Assembly: GCA_035362115.1 (NCBI GenBank)
Contig: DAOSDD010000002.1
Coordinates: 1-50,919, forward strand
Length of the DNA: 50,919 nucleotides
Direction: 5' to 3'
DNA from: Clostridiales bacterium
GTDB taxonomy: Bacteria > Bacillota > Clostridia > Acetivibrionales > DUMC01
The notes under the pieces were generated by a model, which was given only the letters and a program-made list of their open reading frames with translations, searched no databases and was not told the DNA's origin. How positions within the stretch are numbered: the stretch's first letter is position 1; the number at the start of each line of letters is the position of its first letter. A program made the translations under genes and the position numbers. Shown here piece by piece: positions 9,717 through 18,581 of the stretch.

Positions 9717-12014
9717 TTGTCGCTATACAAAAATAGAGAGAAGATCGATATGAAAGGGTTAAGGATATTTAGATTATTAAAAACATATATTGTCAGTACA
9801 ACATTCCAGAAAATATTGATTGGTATTCTAACCCTTATTATTTCCTTCATAATTGTGGAAAATGGTGCTGTTCCAAAACGGTACAAGCTTTATGCAGGAA
9901 TGGTATCCCCATATGATATACCCGCTCCGCGAGATATTGAAAATGTTTTATTGACAGAGCAAAAAGCCTTTGAAGCTGCGAATAATGTTCCGGCTGCAAT
10001 TATAAGAAAGGTAAATATTCCTATAGAAGTGCTGAATTGTGTAGATGATTTCTTCATGGACCTTGAAAGTGCAAGGAAAAAAGCAAATGGAATAATTCAG
10101 GAAAAAGGGTTGACAAAAAAGTCCAAAAACTATGAAGAGGAATGGGAAAAGGTGCAGAGGCAGAGTGTAGAAGAACTGAAAGAAGCTGTTAAGGAGCTTA
10201 ATCTTGTTGTACCTCTTTCTGATGACCAGTTAAGTTATCTTGTGGGCAAAATTAGTGATGATGAATTAGTAGTTTTTAAGAAAACCATTAGAGAACTGAT
10301 TAGCGAAGTAATGGCCCAGGAAGTCACCAATGAAAATCTGGCGTTTAGAATTAATGCTTCACAGAACAGTATTCAGAGCAAAGAATTAAATCAGGAAATT
10401 AAAAATCTTGGTGGACATCTTATAAAGGCATTTATTAAACCTAATAGCGAAATTGATATTGAACTTACCGAGACAAAAAGGAAAGAGGCCTATAATAATT
10501 TCAGGGAAAATAATAAGATAATAGTTAAGAAGAATTCCAGAATTGTAAGCGTTGAGGAAGTTATTACCGAAGATAAAATGCAAATGTTAAAGGAACTTAA
10601 CCTGATAGAAACAGGTAAAATTGACTATGTCTTTGCTATAGGCATAATGGTCATATTGCTATTGCTTGCATTACTTCTCCTGGTATATATGAATTTCAAT
10701 TGTAAACATGTTCTGTCGAATAGGAATTATATTATTGTTCTTTGTATAGTTATTGTTATGATTTTATTTTTGGCAAGGGTTTTATATGTCTACTCACCAC
10801 TTCTCATTCCTTTTTCGATAGCAGCAATGTTAATAGCTATTCTCATAGATTTCAAGCTGGCTATAATAGCAAATTTCATTTTAACCCTAGCTATTTCAAT
10901 TATGACAAAAGGTGATATTGCCTTCCTTTATATGTCATTGGTAAGCGGAACCCTTGCAACGTTTTTGGTATCCCGCGTAAATCAAAGGAGCAGTCTCACA
11001 GCGGCAGGCTTAATAACTTCCTGCATAAATGCAATAATTATTGCATGCTTTGGAATATTAAGCAAAAATCAGCTTAAAACGATTGCACTAGATAGCGCTA
11101 TAGTTTTTGCCAATGGATTTGTTTCAGTAATAATAACTATTGGCATGCTGCCTTTATGGGAAACTGCATTTAACCTGGTAACTCCTTTAAAGCTTTTGGA
11201 GCTTGCCAATCCAAATCAGGCTCTTTTAAAAAAATTATTAATAGAGGCACCGGGTACATATCATCATAGTTTAATGGTAGGCAACCTGGCTGAGGTTGCT
11301 ATTGAGGCATTGGGAGGGAATCCACTTCTTGCAAGGGTGGGTGCATATTATCATGATGTAGGCAAATTGAAAAGACCTGATTTTTTTGGAGAAAATCAAA
11401 TATCAGGTAATCCACATGATAAAATGAATCCAAGTCTGAGTACGCTGGTAATAATTTCGCATACTGAGGACGGAGTAAAAATAGCAGAAAAATATAAACT
11501 GCCACAGGCAATCAAGGAAATCATTGTTCAGCATCATGGTACTACAATGGTTGCCTACTTTTTTCACAAAGCCAAAAAAGAGGACAAGACAGGCACAGTA
11601 AAAGAAGAGGCTTTCAGATATCCCGGACCCAAACCTACGAGTAAGGAAGCAGCAGTAGTAATGCTTGCTGATTCAGTGGAAGCAGCTGTAAGGTCTATGA
11701 CAGAAAAAACAGAAGGAAAAATCGAGGGGCTTGTTAGGAAGATCATTAAAGACAAGCTTGATGATGGTCAATTGGATTTATGCGACCTTACTCTCAAGGA
11801 TTTGGATACAATTGCAAATAGCTTTATGAGAGTTTTTAGCGGCTTTTTTCACGCAAGACAAAAATATCCTGAAATAATTAAAGCGGGGAAAGAATTTTTA
11901 GAAGAAAAAGTTTTTGTATTGCCTGATACCATTGTTGTAAATAATAAAATAAATGATAAAACAAACATAGATCACGAAATAAACATGGATGATGAAATAA
12001 GCGGAAGGAATTAA
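9717..12014 (+). CDS. pgpH: 7TM-HD membrane phosphohydrolase (PgpH/YqfF type, cyclic-di-AMP phosphodiesterase family)
   Basis: 765 aa with an extracellular N-domain, about 7 TM helices, and an HD domain (HHSLMVGNLA...YYHDVGK...QHHGT). The start is ambiguous (TTG 9717 or ATG 9750). Confidence 0.85.
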   Translation: MSLYKNREKIDMKGLRIFRLLKTYIVSTTFQKILIGILTLIISFIIVENGAVPKRYKLYAGMVSPYDIPAPRDIENVLLTEQKAFEAANNVPAAIIRKVNIPIEVLNCVDDFFMDLESARKKANGIIQEKGLTKKSKNYEEEWEKVQRQSVEELKEAVKELNLVVPLSDDQLSYLVGKISDDELVVFKKTIRELISEVMAQEVTNENLAFRINASQNSIQSKELNQEIKNLGGHLIKAFIKPNSEIDIELTETKRKEAYNNFRENNKIIVKKNSRIVSVEEVITEDKMQMLKELNLIETGKIDYVFAIGIMVILLLLALLLLVYMNFNCKHVLSNRNYIIVLCIVIVMILFLARVLYVYSPLLIPFSIAAMLIAILIDFKLAIIANFILTLAISIMTKGDIAFLYMSLVSGTLATFLVSRVNQRSSLTAAGLITSCINAIIIACFGILSKNQLKTIALDSAIVFANGFVSVIITIGMLPLWETAFNLVTPLKLLELANPNQALLKKLLIEAPGTYHHSLMVGNLAEVAIEALGGNPLLARVGAYYHDVGKLKRPDFFGENQISGNPHDKMNPSLSTLVIISHTEDGVKIAEKYKLPQAIKEIIVQHHGTTMVAYFFHKAKKEDKTGTVKEEAFRYPGPKPTSKEAAVVMLADSVEAAVRSMTEKTEGKIEGLVRKIIKDKLDDGQLDLCDLTLKDLDTIANSFMRVFSGFFHARQKYPEIIKAGKEFLEEKVFVLPDTIVVNNKINDKTNIDHEINMDDEISGRN

Positions 12015-12018
12015 TAGT

Positions 12019-12510
12019 ATGATTATATTTATTGAAAATTTACAGAGTAAAGTTGGAGTGTCACAGGAAATTGAAGATATAATACGAAAAGCTATAGAAC
12101 TTGGCTTGCAGAAAGAAGGTTTTGATGTACCAGCAGAAGTGAGCGTAATATTGCTTGATGATGAAGGCATAAGGGAAATAAACAGAGAGCAAAGGAATAT
12201 TGATTCGCCTACCGATGTGCTTTCTTTTCCCCTTGTTGATATGGAAAATGGAAAAATAAATTCAGATTTAGGAGATTTTGATCTGGATGAAGAAAAAATC
12301 TTGCTTGGAGATATTGCAGTATCTCTTGAAATGGCTAAAAAGCAAGCTGAAGAATATGGGCATTCTTTTGAAAGAGAATTGGCTTTTTTAATTACTCATG
12401 GAGTATTTCACCTTCTTGGCTATGATCATGAAGATGAAGAAAGTCAGAAGCGTATGTTCTCCAAACAAGAAGCAGTCCTGCAGGATATGGGACTTGTAAG
12501 AAAAGGTTGA
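12019..12510 (+). CDS. ybeY: rRNA maturation endoribonuclease YbeY
   Basis: 163 aa with the zinc motif HGVFHLLGYDH. Confidence 0.92.
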   Translation: MIIFIENLQSKVGVSQEIEDIIRKAIELGLQKEGFDVPAEVSVILLDDEGIREINREQRNIDSPTDVLSFPLVDMENGKINSDLGDFDLDEEKILLGDIAVSLEMAKKQAEEYGHSFERELAFLITHGVFHLLGYDHEDEESQKRMFSKQEAVLQDMGLVRKG

Positions 12511-12533
12511 TATATAGTTAAGAGGTGAAGAGG

Positions 12534-12920
12534 ATGGAATATGAAAAGCTGGTTAAGCTTGCCGCAGAAAAAAGGGGAAAAGCATATGCACCTTATTCCA
12601 GGTTTAGGGTAGGAGCCGCCTTGATAACTAATACGGGTAATATTTACACAGGTATAAATATAGAAAATGTATCATATGGAGCAAGCAATTGTGCAGAAAG
12701 GACTGCGATTTTTCAAGCTGTATCTAATGGGGAAGACAGAATTAAAATAATAGCAATTTCCAGTGACAGTGAGGATTTTATATTTCCATGTGGAATATGC
12801 AGACAGGTACTTGTTGAATTTGGTTGTAAAAATACAGAAATTGTGTGCAGCAAAAAGAACGGAGAATTTGTTGTGTATACTTTAGACCAGCTAATGCCCC
12901 ATGCATTTGATAAATTTTAA
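12534..12920 (+). CDS. cdd: Cytidine deaminase
   Basis: ORF 12525-12920. The likely start is ATG 12534. Zinc-ligand motifs CAERTA and PCGICRQ are present. Confidence 0.9.
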   Translation: MEYEKLVKLAAEKRGKAYAPYSRFRVGAALITNTGNIYTGINIENVSYGASNCAERTAIFQAVSNGEDRIKIIAISSDSEDFIFPCGICRQVLVEFGCKNTEIVCSKKNGEFVVYTLDQLMPHAFDKF

Positions 12921-13009
12921 GTTATATATAACGCAAAAATGATTTAACTATATTTTATAAAGTATCATCTTTTGCGCGTTATCTTTAGGCTACAGGAGGT
13001 AATAAATTA

Positions 13010-13903
13010 ATGGACTTTAAATCCGGTTTTATAGCAGTAGTAGGAAGACCGAATGTTGGTAAATCAACTTTAATTAATAAAATAACAGGGGAAAAAATAT
13101 CTATAATATCCGATAAACCCCAAACCACAAGAAATGTAATTAAGGCAATAGTTACACATGAAGACTACCAGATGATTTTTTTAGATACACCAGGTATGAT
13201 CAAGCCCAAAAATAAGCTGGGGGATTATATGATAAGAGTAGCTTTGGAGTCTCTTGAAGAAGTGGATGCTATTCTTTTTTTAATTGAAGCAACAGGGGAA
13301 AGACCAGGCAGAGGTGATTTGCAGGTAATGGAACAATTAAAAGAATTAAAAACTCCTGTTTTTCTAGTAATAAACAAAATTGATTTAATATCAAAAGAAA
13401 AACTATTATCTTTAATAAGAGTTTACAAAGAATATATGGATTTTGAAGGTGTTATCCCAATATCAGCTTTAAGTGGCGACGGTGTGGATATTTTGCTTGA
13501 TGAAATTAAGAAAGTATTACCTTCCGGCCCTCAATACTTTCCTGAAGATATGATAACTGATCAGCCCGAGAAGGTAATTGCTGCAGAAATTATCAGGGAA
13601 AAACTTCTTCTGCTCCTAAAAGAGGAAGTGCCCCATGGTATTGGAGTTGAAATTCTTTCATTCACTGAAAAAAAAGATAAAAATATGGTTGAAATACAGG
13701 CAAATATTTATTGTGAAAAAGACTCTCATAAAGGCATTGTTATAGGTAAAAACGGAGCAATGTTAAAACAGATTGGTACAATGGCCCGTGAAGAAATTGA
13801 AAAATTTCTTGGACTCAAAATATATCTGCAATTATGGGTAAAGGTAAAAAAAGATTGGCGTAATAGTGAACAGGTTTTGAATATTCTTGGCTATAAAAGG
13901 TAA
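13010..13903 (+). CDS. era: GTPase Era
   Basis: G1 GRPNVGKST, G3 DTPG, G4 NKID, and a C-terminal KH domain (IIGKNGAMLKQIG). The SD is AGGAGGT. Confidence 0.95.
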   Translation: MDFKSGFIAVVGRPNVGKSTLINKITGEKISIISDKPQTTRNVIKAIVTHEDYQMIFLDTPGMIKPKNKLGDYMIRVALESLEEVDAILFLIEATGERPGRGDLQVMEQLKELKTPVFLVINKIDLISKEKLLSLIRVYKEYMDFEGVIPISALSGDGVDILLDEIKKVLPSGPQYFPEDMITDQPEKVIAAEIIREKLLLLLKEEVPHGIGVEILSFTEKKDKNMVEIQANIYCEKDSHKGIVIGKNGAMLKQIGTMAREEIEKFLGLKIYLQLWVKVKKDWRNSEQVLNILGYKR

Positions 13904-14080
13904 TCTAAGGAAGAGCTTTGGAATAGTTCCAGTATACAAAATGTAATTTTGAGAAATATAATAATGTAGATGTTTTATTTATTAATTTACACCTTGAATA
14001 ACTTTGAGGCTTGTCTCGAAGGATTGAACTAAGGGTTTTGGTATATTCAACAATTGAAAAAGAACAGGGGGAATAATATT

Positions 14081-14230
14081 ATGTTGAAAGAATTCGTATG
14101 GAATTTGTTTCAAAAGACCGGTAATGTAAGAAGCTATGTTTTTTATAGAGAGATTGTTGAAAGAGAAAGTGCATTATTTGAGGAAACAAAAACAAGGGAT
14201 GAAGTTGCAATTACCGGAGTACATCAATAA
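14081..14230 (+). CDS. yqzL: YqzL family small protein (49 aa)
   Basis: Absent from the ORF track because it is under 60 aa. The product is MLKEFVWNLFQKTGNVRSYVFYREIVERESALFEETKTRDEVAITGVHQ. A GGGGGA SD lies 8 nt upstream. It sits between era and recO, exactly where yqzL lies in Bacillus. Confidence 0.7.
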   Translation: MLKEFVWNLFQKTGNVRSYVFYREIVERESALFEETKTRDEVAITGVHQ

Positions 14231-14291
14231 TAAAAATTCTAATTATATTATTTGAATGAGGAAATGCTAATAATCAGGTTAAAGGTTAAAA

Positions 14292-15047
14292 ATGGGATAT
14301 ATAAAAACACAGGGGTTAGTAATTAAAGAGGTCAACACCGGGGAAGCAGATAAAATAATAACTCTTTTATCAAGGGACCATGGTAAAATTCAGGTATTTG
14401 CTAAAGGAGCACGAAGGCCAAGAAGTCAGTTTACTGCGTGTACCCGGTTTCTATGCTTTAGTGAGTTCACACTTTTTAAAGGACGTGATATGCACACTAT
14501 AAATAGTTGCGAGGTTATTGAAGCATTTTCAGAAGCTGGGAAGGATCTGATTAAGCTTACTTATGCTTCTCATATAATTGATATAATATTTGATACTGTT
14601 CAGGAAGAGCAAAGCTCTTCAGGTACTTTAAAACTACTTTTATATACACTTTATTACCTGTTTAAAACTGATAAGTCTCCTGAACTAATTACAAGGATAT
14701 TTGAATTGCGCTATTTGTGTATTCTTGGTTACTCTCCACATGTTACAGGTTGTGTTAGTTGTGTGAAAAGAGATTTAACGGGTTATTTTTTCAGCTTTAA
14801 CAAATGCGGTTTCCTGTGTGGTAATAGTGAATGTATCTGTAAGGATGCATCAGCAATCAAAATTTTGCCAGGCACTGCCAGGGCGCTGCATCATATAGTT
14901 TATTCGAAAATGAACAAGCTGTTTGGGTTTGATTTGGCACCGGAGGTACTTAAGGAATTAAAATACATTACAGCAAGGTACTTAAGAGAAAGATTGGATA
15001 AGGAATATAAAGGTCTTAATTTTTTGAAAAGCATAGATATAACTTGA
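14292..15047 (+). CDS. recO: DNA repair protein RecO
   Basis: 251 aa with an N-terminal OB-fold pattern (GLVIKEVNTGEADKIITLL) and a Cys-rich zinc module (CVSC...C..C). Confidence 0.9.
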   Translation: MGYIKTQGLVIKEVNTGEADKIITLLSRDHGKIQVFAKGARRPRSQFTACTRFLCFSEFTLFKGRDMHTINSCEVIEAFSEAGKDLIKLTYASHIIDIIFDTVQEEQSSSGTLKLLLYTLYYLFKTDKSPELITRIFELRYLCILGYSPHVTGCVSCVKRDLTGYFFSFNKCGFLCGNSECICKDASAIKILPGTARALHHIVYSKMNKLFGFDLAPEVLKELKYITARYLRERLDKEYKGLNFLKSIDIT

Positions 15048-15107
15048 TAATGTTTAAGTCTACTAAATATAAATAAAATATAATAAAAATAAAAAATCAA
15101 AAAAGTA

Positions 15108-15136
15108 TTGACAGAGCATATAGATGCTAGTATAAT
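15108..15136 (+). promoter_or_regulatory. Consensus sigma-A promoter for tRNA-Leu
   Basis: TTGACA (15108-15113), a 17-nt spacer, then TATAAT (15131-15136), 20 nt upstream of the tRNA. Confidence 0.8.
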
Positions 15137-15156
15137 TTACTTTGCAGGTTAAAAAT

Positions 15157-15239
15157 GCGGTCGTGGTGGAATTGGCAGACACGTACGTTTGAGGGGCGTA
15201 TGCGCGAGCATATGGGTTCAAGTCCCATCGACCGCACCA
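15157..15239 (+). tRNA. tRNA-Leu (anticodon GAG), type II with long variable arm, CCA encoded
   Basis: Cloverleaf folded by hand. The acceptor is GCGGTCG/CGACCGC, the anticodon stem is TACGT/GCGTA with loop TTGAGGG, the variable arm is long, and the T-loop is GGTTCAAGTCC. Confidence 0.9.
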
Positions 15240-15241
15240 AC

Positions 15242-15281
15242 AAAAACAGCTATTAATATCAAAGTTAATAGCTGTTTTTTT
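15242..15281 (+). terminator. Intrinsic terminator after tRNA-Leu
   Basis: AAAAACAGCTATTAA-loop-TTAATAGCTGTTTTTTT. Confidence 0.85.
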
Positions 15282-15367
15282 GTGAATACTAAAGTAAAAA
15301 TTTTATTTGTATACACTTTTTATTAAATGAGATATAAAAAAACTCTGCTTTATTTATTAAAAACATA

Positions 15368-15396
15368 TTGAACATAGTACAAACTACTGGTAAAAT
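15368..15396 (+). promoter_or_regulatory. Putative sigma-A promoter of the DUF624 gene
   Basis: TTGAAC, a 17-nt spacer, then TAAAAT. Confidence 0.45.
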
Positions 15397-15467
15397 GGTT
15401 ATAAATATATATGAGAATGTCATGTAGAATCAGCGTGTACATTCTCCAGTTAAAGGGGATATGCTTA

Positions 15468-16391
15468 ATGGCAGGATTTTTTGGCTTCTTTGATTATACA
15501 AAACCCGGACCGGGAATACCTGAGGATGCTCCACCGAAAGCGCCAATCATTGTTTTTTTTGAGATCTATTTTAGGAAATTCTGGAACTTGGTTAAAATTA
15601 ACCTTATGTTCAACCTGTTTAATTTACCGGCATTATTAGCTGTTTTATTTGGAACAATGTATTTAATACAGGGGCAGATTACAGACGATCCGGCTATGGA
15701 TCTTATGACACGTTTCATAATTGGCAGCGTAGTTATATGCATACCGTTGATTACAGTAGGACCGGCTCAGGCAGGATTCACTTATATACTCAGAAATTAC
15801 TCAAGAGAAGAACATGCTTTCCTATGGTGGGATTTTAAGGATACGGCCATTAGTAATTTTAAACAAAGCCTGATTATTTCTGTAATTGATTTTTTCGCCT
15901 TTATATTATTTGGCATAGTAGTTAACTTCTATTTTAAGTATACTGCAAATAATAATATGATAATGACTCTTATGGTATTTGCCAGAACTATTATTATACT
16001 TGCTTTTCTAATATATTTAATGATGCATATGTATATCTACCCAATGCTTGTTACATTTAAGTTAAATTTAAGGCAGCTTTACAGAAATGCTTTAATCTTT
16101 TCTCTTGCAAAGTTTTTCCCCAATTTGGGAATATTGATATTATGTACAGCACTAGTACTTTTATCTTTCTATTTTAACACTCTTATAGGAATTATTTTGT
16201 TTATTTTCCTTACGGTTAGTACTATAGGTCTTATTATTAACTTTTACATTTACCCTAAACTTAAAAGGTATATGATAGATAAGGTTGCTGATGAAGACAC
16301 AGAAGTTGATGAAGATGAAGATTACGAAGATGATGTTGACGATGTTGAGAAATCTGATAATACAGAGGAAGATAATAATAGAATAGAATAG
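15468..16391 (+). CDS. DUF624 (YesL family) integral membrane protein with acidic C-terminal tail
   Basis: ORF 15411-16391. The likely start is ATG 15468 (MAGFFGFFDY), 8 nt after an AAAGGGGA SD. FWNLVKINLMFNLFNLP and GPAQAGFTYILRNY are DUF624-like. The C-terminal 40 aa are Asp/Glu-rich. Confidence 0.75.
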   Translation: MAGFFGFFDYTKPGPGIPEDAPPKAPIIVFFEIYFRKFWNLVKINLMFNLFNLPALLAVLFGTMYLIQGQITDDPAMDLMTRFIIGSVVICIPLITVGPAQAGFTYILRNYSREEHAFLWWDFKDTAISNFKQSLIISVIDFFAFILFGIVVNFYFKYTANNNMIMTLMVFARTIIILAFLIYLMMHMYIYPMLVTFKLNLRQLYRNALIFSLAKFFPNLGILILCTALVLLSFYFNTLIGIILFIFLTVSTIGLIINFYIYPKLKRYMIDKVADEDTEVDEDEDYEDDVDDVEKSDNTEEDNNRIE

Positions 16392-16503
16392 AATATCAAT
16401 CATATGAAAAAATGAAGATGACCGGATATTAACCGATGTTAACAGGATGATAATTTAAATGGCAATTATTAAGTAAGAATTATGTTGTAAAAAAAGTCAG
16501 CAT

Positions 16504-16539
16504 AAAAAACAGCACAATATCAGATTGTGCTGTTTTTTT
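16504..16539. terminator. Bidirectional intrinsic terminator (DUF624 gene / dapB)
   Basis: AAAAAACAGCACAAT-ATCAG-ATTGTGCTGTTTTTTT, with an A-run on the left and a T-run on the right. Confidence 0.85.
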
Positions 16540-16549
16540 ATAATTGTAT

Positions 16550-16648
16550 TACTACTTTGTTATGTTGCCAATGGGAAACGCATTCCAAGAGTGTAACTTT
16601 TTGATGACCCGTAAAGAATACATTGCTTTCCAAATTGTCATAGCAGTA
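16550..16648 (-). repeat. Palindromic intergenic repeat (TACTACT...AGTAGTA family), 99-nt copy, inverted orientation
   Basis: Its reverse complement aligns along its whole length with the copy at 48394-48490 (TACTGCTATGACAATTTGGAAAGC...CCCATTGGCAACATAACAAAGTAGTA). It abuts the dapB stop codon. Confidence 0.85.
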
Positions 16649-17443
16649 TTATTTTGATGTTTTAATTGTTAGAGAGCTATTATCCTGTTCTATCATATCA
16701 TGCATTGAATAAAGACCGGGTTGCTTATTATAAATAAATAACGCTGCTTTTATGGCTCCAGTACCGAATATTTCCTTTGACATAGCAGTGTGTTTTAATT
16801 CGATTATTTCATCATTACCTGCAAAAATAACAGAGTGCTCACCTACAATCGTACCTCCTCGGACAGCATGAATCCCAATTTCGGTTTTGCTTCTTTTTTT
16901 CCTGCGGGCATGCCTGTCATATACATACTCCTGTTTTTGTCCTATGACAGTATTTATGGCATCTGCAATTGCCAAAGCAGTACCACTGGGTGCATCCAGT
17001 TTTTGATTATGATGTTTTTCAATTATTTCTATATCAAAATAGCCTTCAAGAAGTTTAGAGGCCTTTTTTACAAGGTCTATAAGCAAGTTTACACCAAGAG
17101 ACATATTTGCTGATTGGAAAACTGGTATAAAGCCTGATGCTTCTTTAAGCTTCTTCATATGAAGATCTGATAAACCTGTGGTTGCCATAACCAGAGGTAT
17201 TTTTTTTGAAACTGCATATTCAAGTAAATTATCTAGTGCTGCAGGATTGGAAAAGTCAATAATAGCATCAACATGAATATTGCAGTTTCCAATATTCGTA
17301 AAAACAGGGTATTGATTTTTAATTGAATCATTTATATCGTAACCAGCAACAATTTCCAAGTCAGTGTTTTGCTGGGCCAGTCTGGTAATAACCTGACCCA
17401 TTTTCCCATTACAGCCGCTTAACAGAATTTTTATCATTTGCAT
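16649..17443 (-). CDS. dapB: 4-hydroxy-tetrahydrodipicolinate reductase
   Basis: 264 aa with an N-terminal Rossmann motif GCNGKMG and EIIEKHHNQKLDAPSGTA. Confidence 0.92.
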   Translation of the reverse strand: MQMIKILLSGCNGKMGQVITRLAQQNTDLEIVAGYDINDSIKNQYPVFTNIGNCNIHVDAIIDFSNPAALDNLLEYAVSKKIPLVMATTGLSDLHMKKLKEASGFIPVFQSANMSLGVNLLIDLVKKASKLLEGYFDIEIIEKHHNQKLDAPSGTALAIADAINTVIGQKQEYVYDRHARRKKRSKTEIGIHAVRGGTIVGEHSVIFAGNDEIIELKHTAMSKEIFGTGAIKAALFIYNKQPGLYSMHDMIEQDNSSLTIKTSK

Positions 17444-17464
17444 TCATTCCTCTCTTTAACTCAG

Positions 17465-18343
17465 TTACATCAAACCATATTTCGTTAGTTCGGATTTTAG
17501 TATTTCCAGATTTTTTTCGCTTATATCCACCAAAGGCATTCGGCATTTTCCGACATTCATTCCCATAAGGTTCATTGCAGCTTTAATTGGAATAGGACTT
17601 ACTTCGATAAACAAAGCTTTGATAAGATTCAGTGTTTTCAATTGTATTTTACGACTGCTTTCAATATCACCTTCCAGATATTTATAAACCATGTCATGGG
17701 TGTCTTTTGGTATAATATTTGCCATAACAGAAATAACCCCTTTACCTCCTAAAGCTAGTAGAGGCACTACCTGTCCATCTTCTCCTGAATAAATTGTAAA
17801 ATCATCTCCACAGAGATTAATTATATCTCCTACCTGGGAAAGATTACATTCTTTTATTCCGTAAATATTATGAATCTCAGATAATGCTTTAATGGTATCA
17901 GGATTGATATTCAAGTTTGTTCTTGATGGAACATTGTAAAGAATAATAGGTATTTTAATACTTGAAGCGATTGCTTTAAAGTGTTCGTACAATCCTTTTT
18001 GAGTTGTTTTATTATAGTACGGTGTAACACTAAGTATACCGTCTGCTCCTGCATCTTCAGCAGCTTTGCTAAGTTCTATGGCATGACGGGTATCATTGCT
18101 TCCTGTACCGGCAATAACAGGTATTCTGCCATTTACTTTTTCTACAGTAAATTTAATAGCTGAAAGATGTTCTTCATCAGGCATTGTAGAAGCTTCTCCG
18201 GTTGTACCGCATGATACTATGGAATCTATACCTTGGTTAATCTGGAACTCAATTAGCTCCTCAAGTTTTTCAAAGTTTATGCCATCTTTTGTAAAAGGTG
18301 TAATAATAGCAACTCCAGCGCCGGTAAATATTGGTTTCCTCAT
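17465..18343 (-). CDS. dapA: 4-hydroxy-tetrahydrodipicolinate synthase
   Basis: 292 aa with GTTGE, the TPYYNK region and YNVPSRT. Confidence 0.92.
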   Translation of the reverse strand: MRKPIFTGAGVAIITPFTKDGINFEKLEELIEFQINQGIDSIVSCGTTGEASTMPDEEHLSAIKFTVEKVNGRIPVIAGTGSNDTRHAIELSKAAEDAGADGILSVTPYYNKTTQKGLYEHFKAIASSIKIPIILYNVPSRTNLNINPDTIKALSEIHNIYGIKECNLSQVGDIINLCGDDFTIYSGEDGQVVPLLALGGKGVISVMANIIPKDTHDMVYKYLEGDIESSRKIQLKTLNLIKALFIEVSPIPIKAAMNLMGMNVGKCRMPLVDISEKNLEILKSELTKYGLM

Positions 18344-18581
18344 AAATATACATCCTTTCTATATTATTTTGCAATGTATTTATATCTGTGGTTAATCTTA
18401 TTTTAGATTGATTTTATATTACAACTCCATTATATTATATGTCAAATAGAAATTTCCAGCCATTAATAATTTTATTACAAAAAAATTAAATTTTATATCT
18501 TTAAAGGGAAAAAAGCAGTTATTGTCGAATGATAAAATAAATATAATAATTTTGCAAATTGAGTGTGATAAGGTGGTTTTT

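Noticed and set aside
12511-12533. Missing diacylglycerol kinase (dgkA) between ybeY and cdd compared with the Bacillus order
   Set aside because: The 23-nt spacer leaves no room for a gene or remnant. This is simple lineage-specific gene-order variation and not evidence of a deletion scar.
18344-18581. Possible lysine (L-box) riboswitch upstream of dapA
   Set aside because: The dapA leader is almost pure A+T. It lacks the conserved G+C-rich helices and the AGAGG/GAGGCGC-type cores of L-box elements. It is also shared with the divergent SpoIID-like gene promoter.
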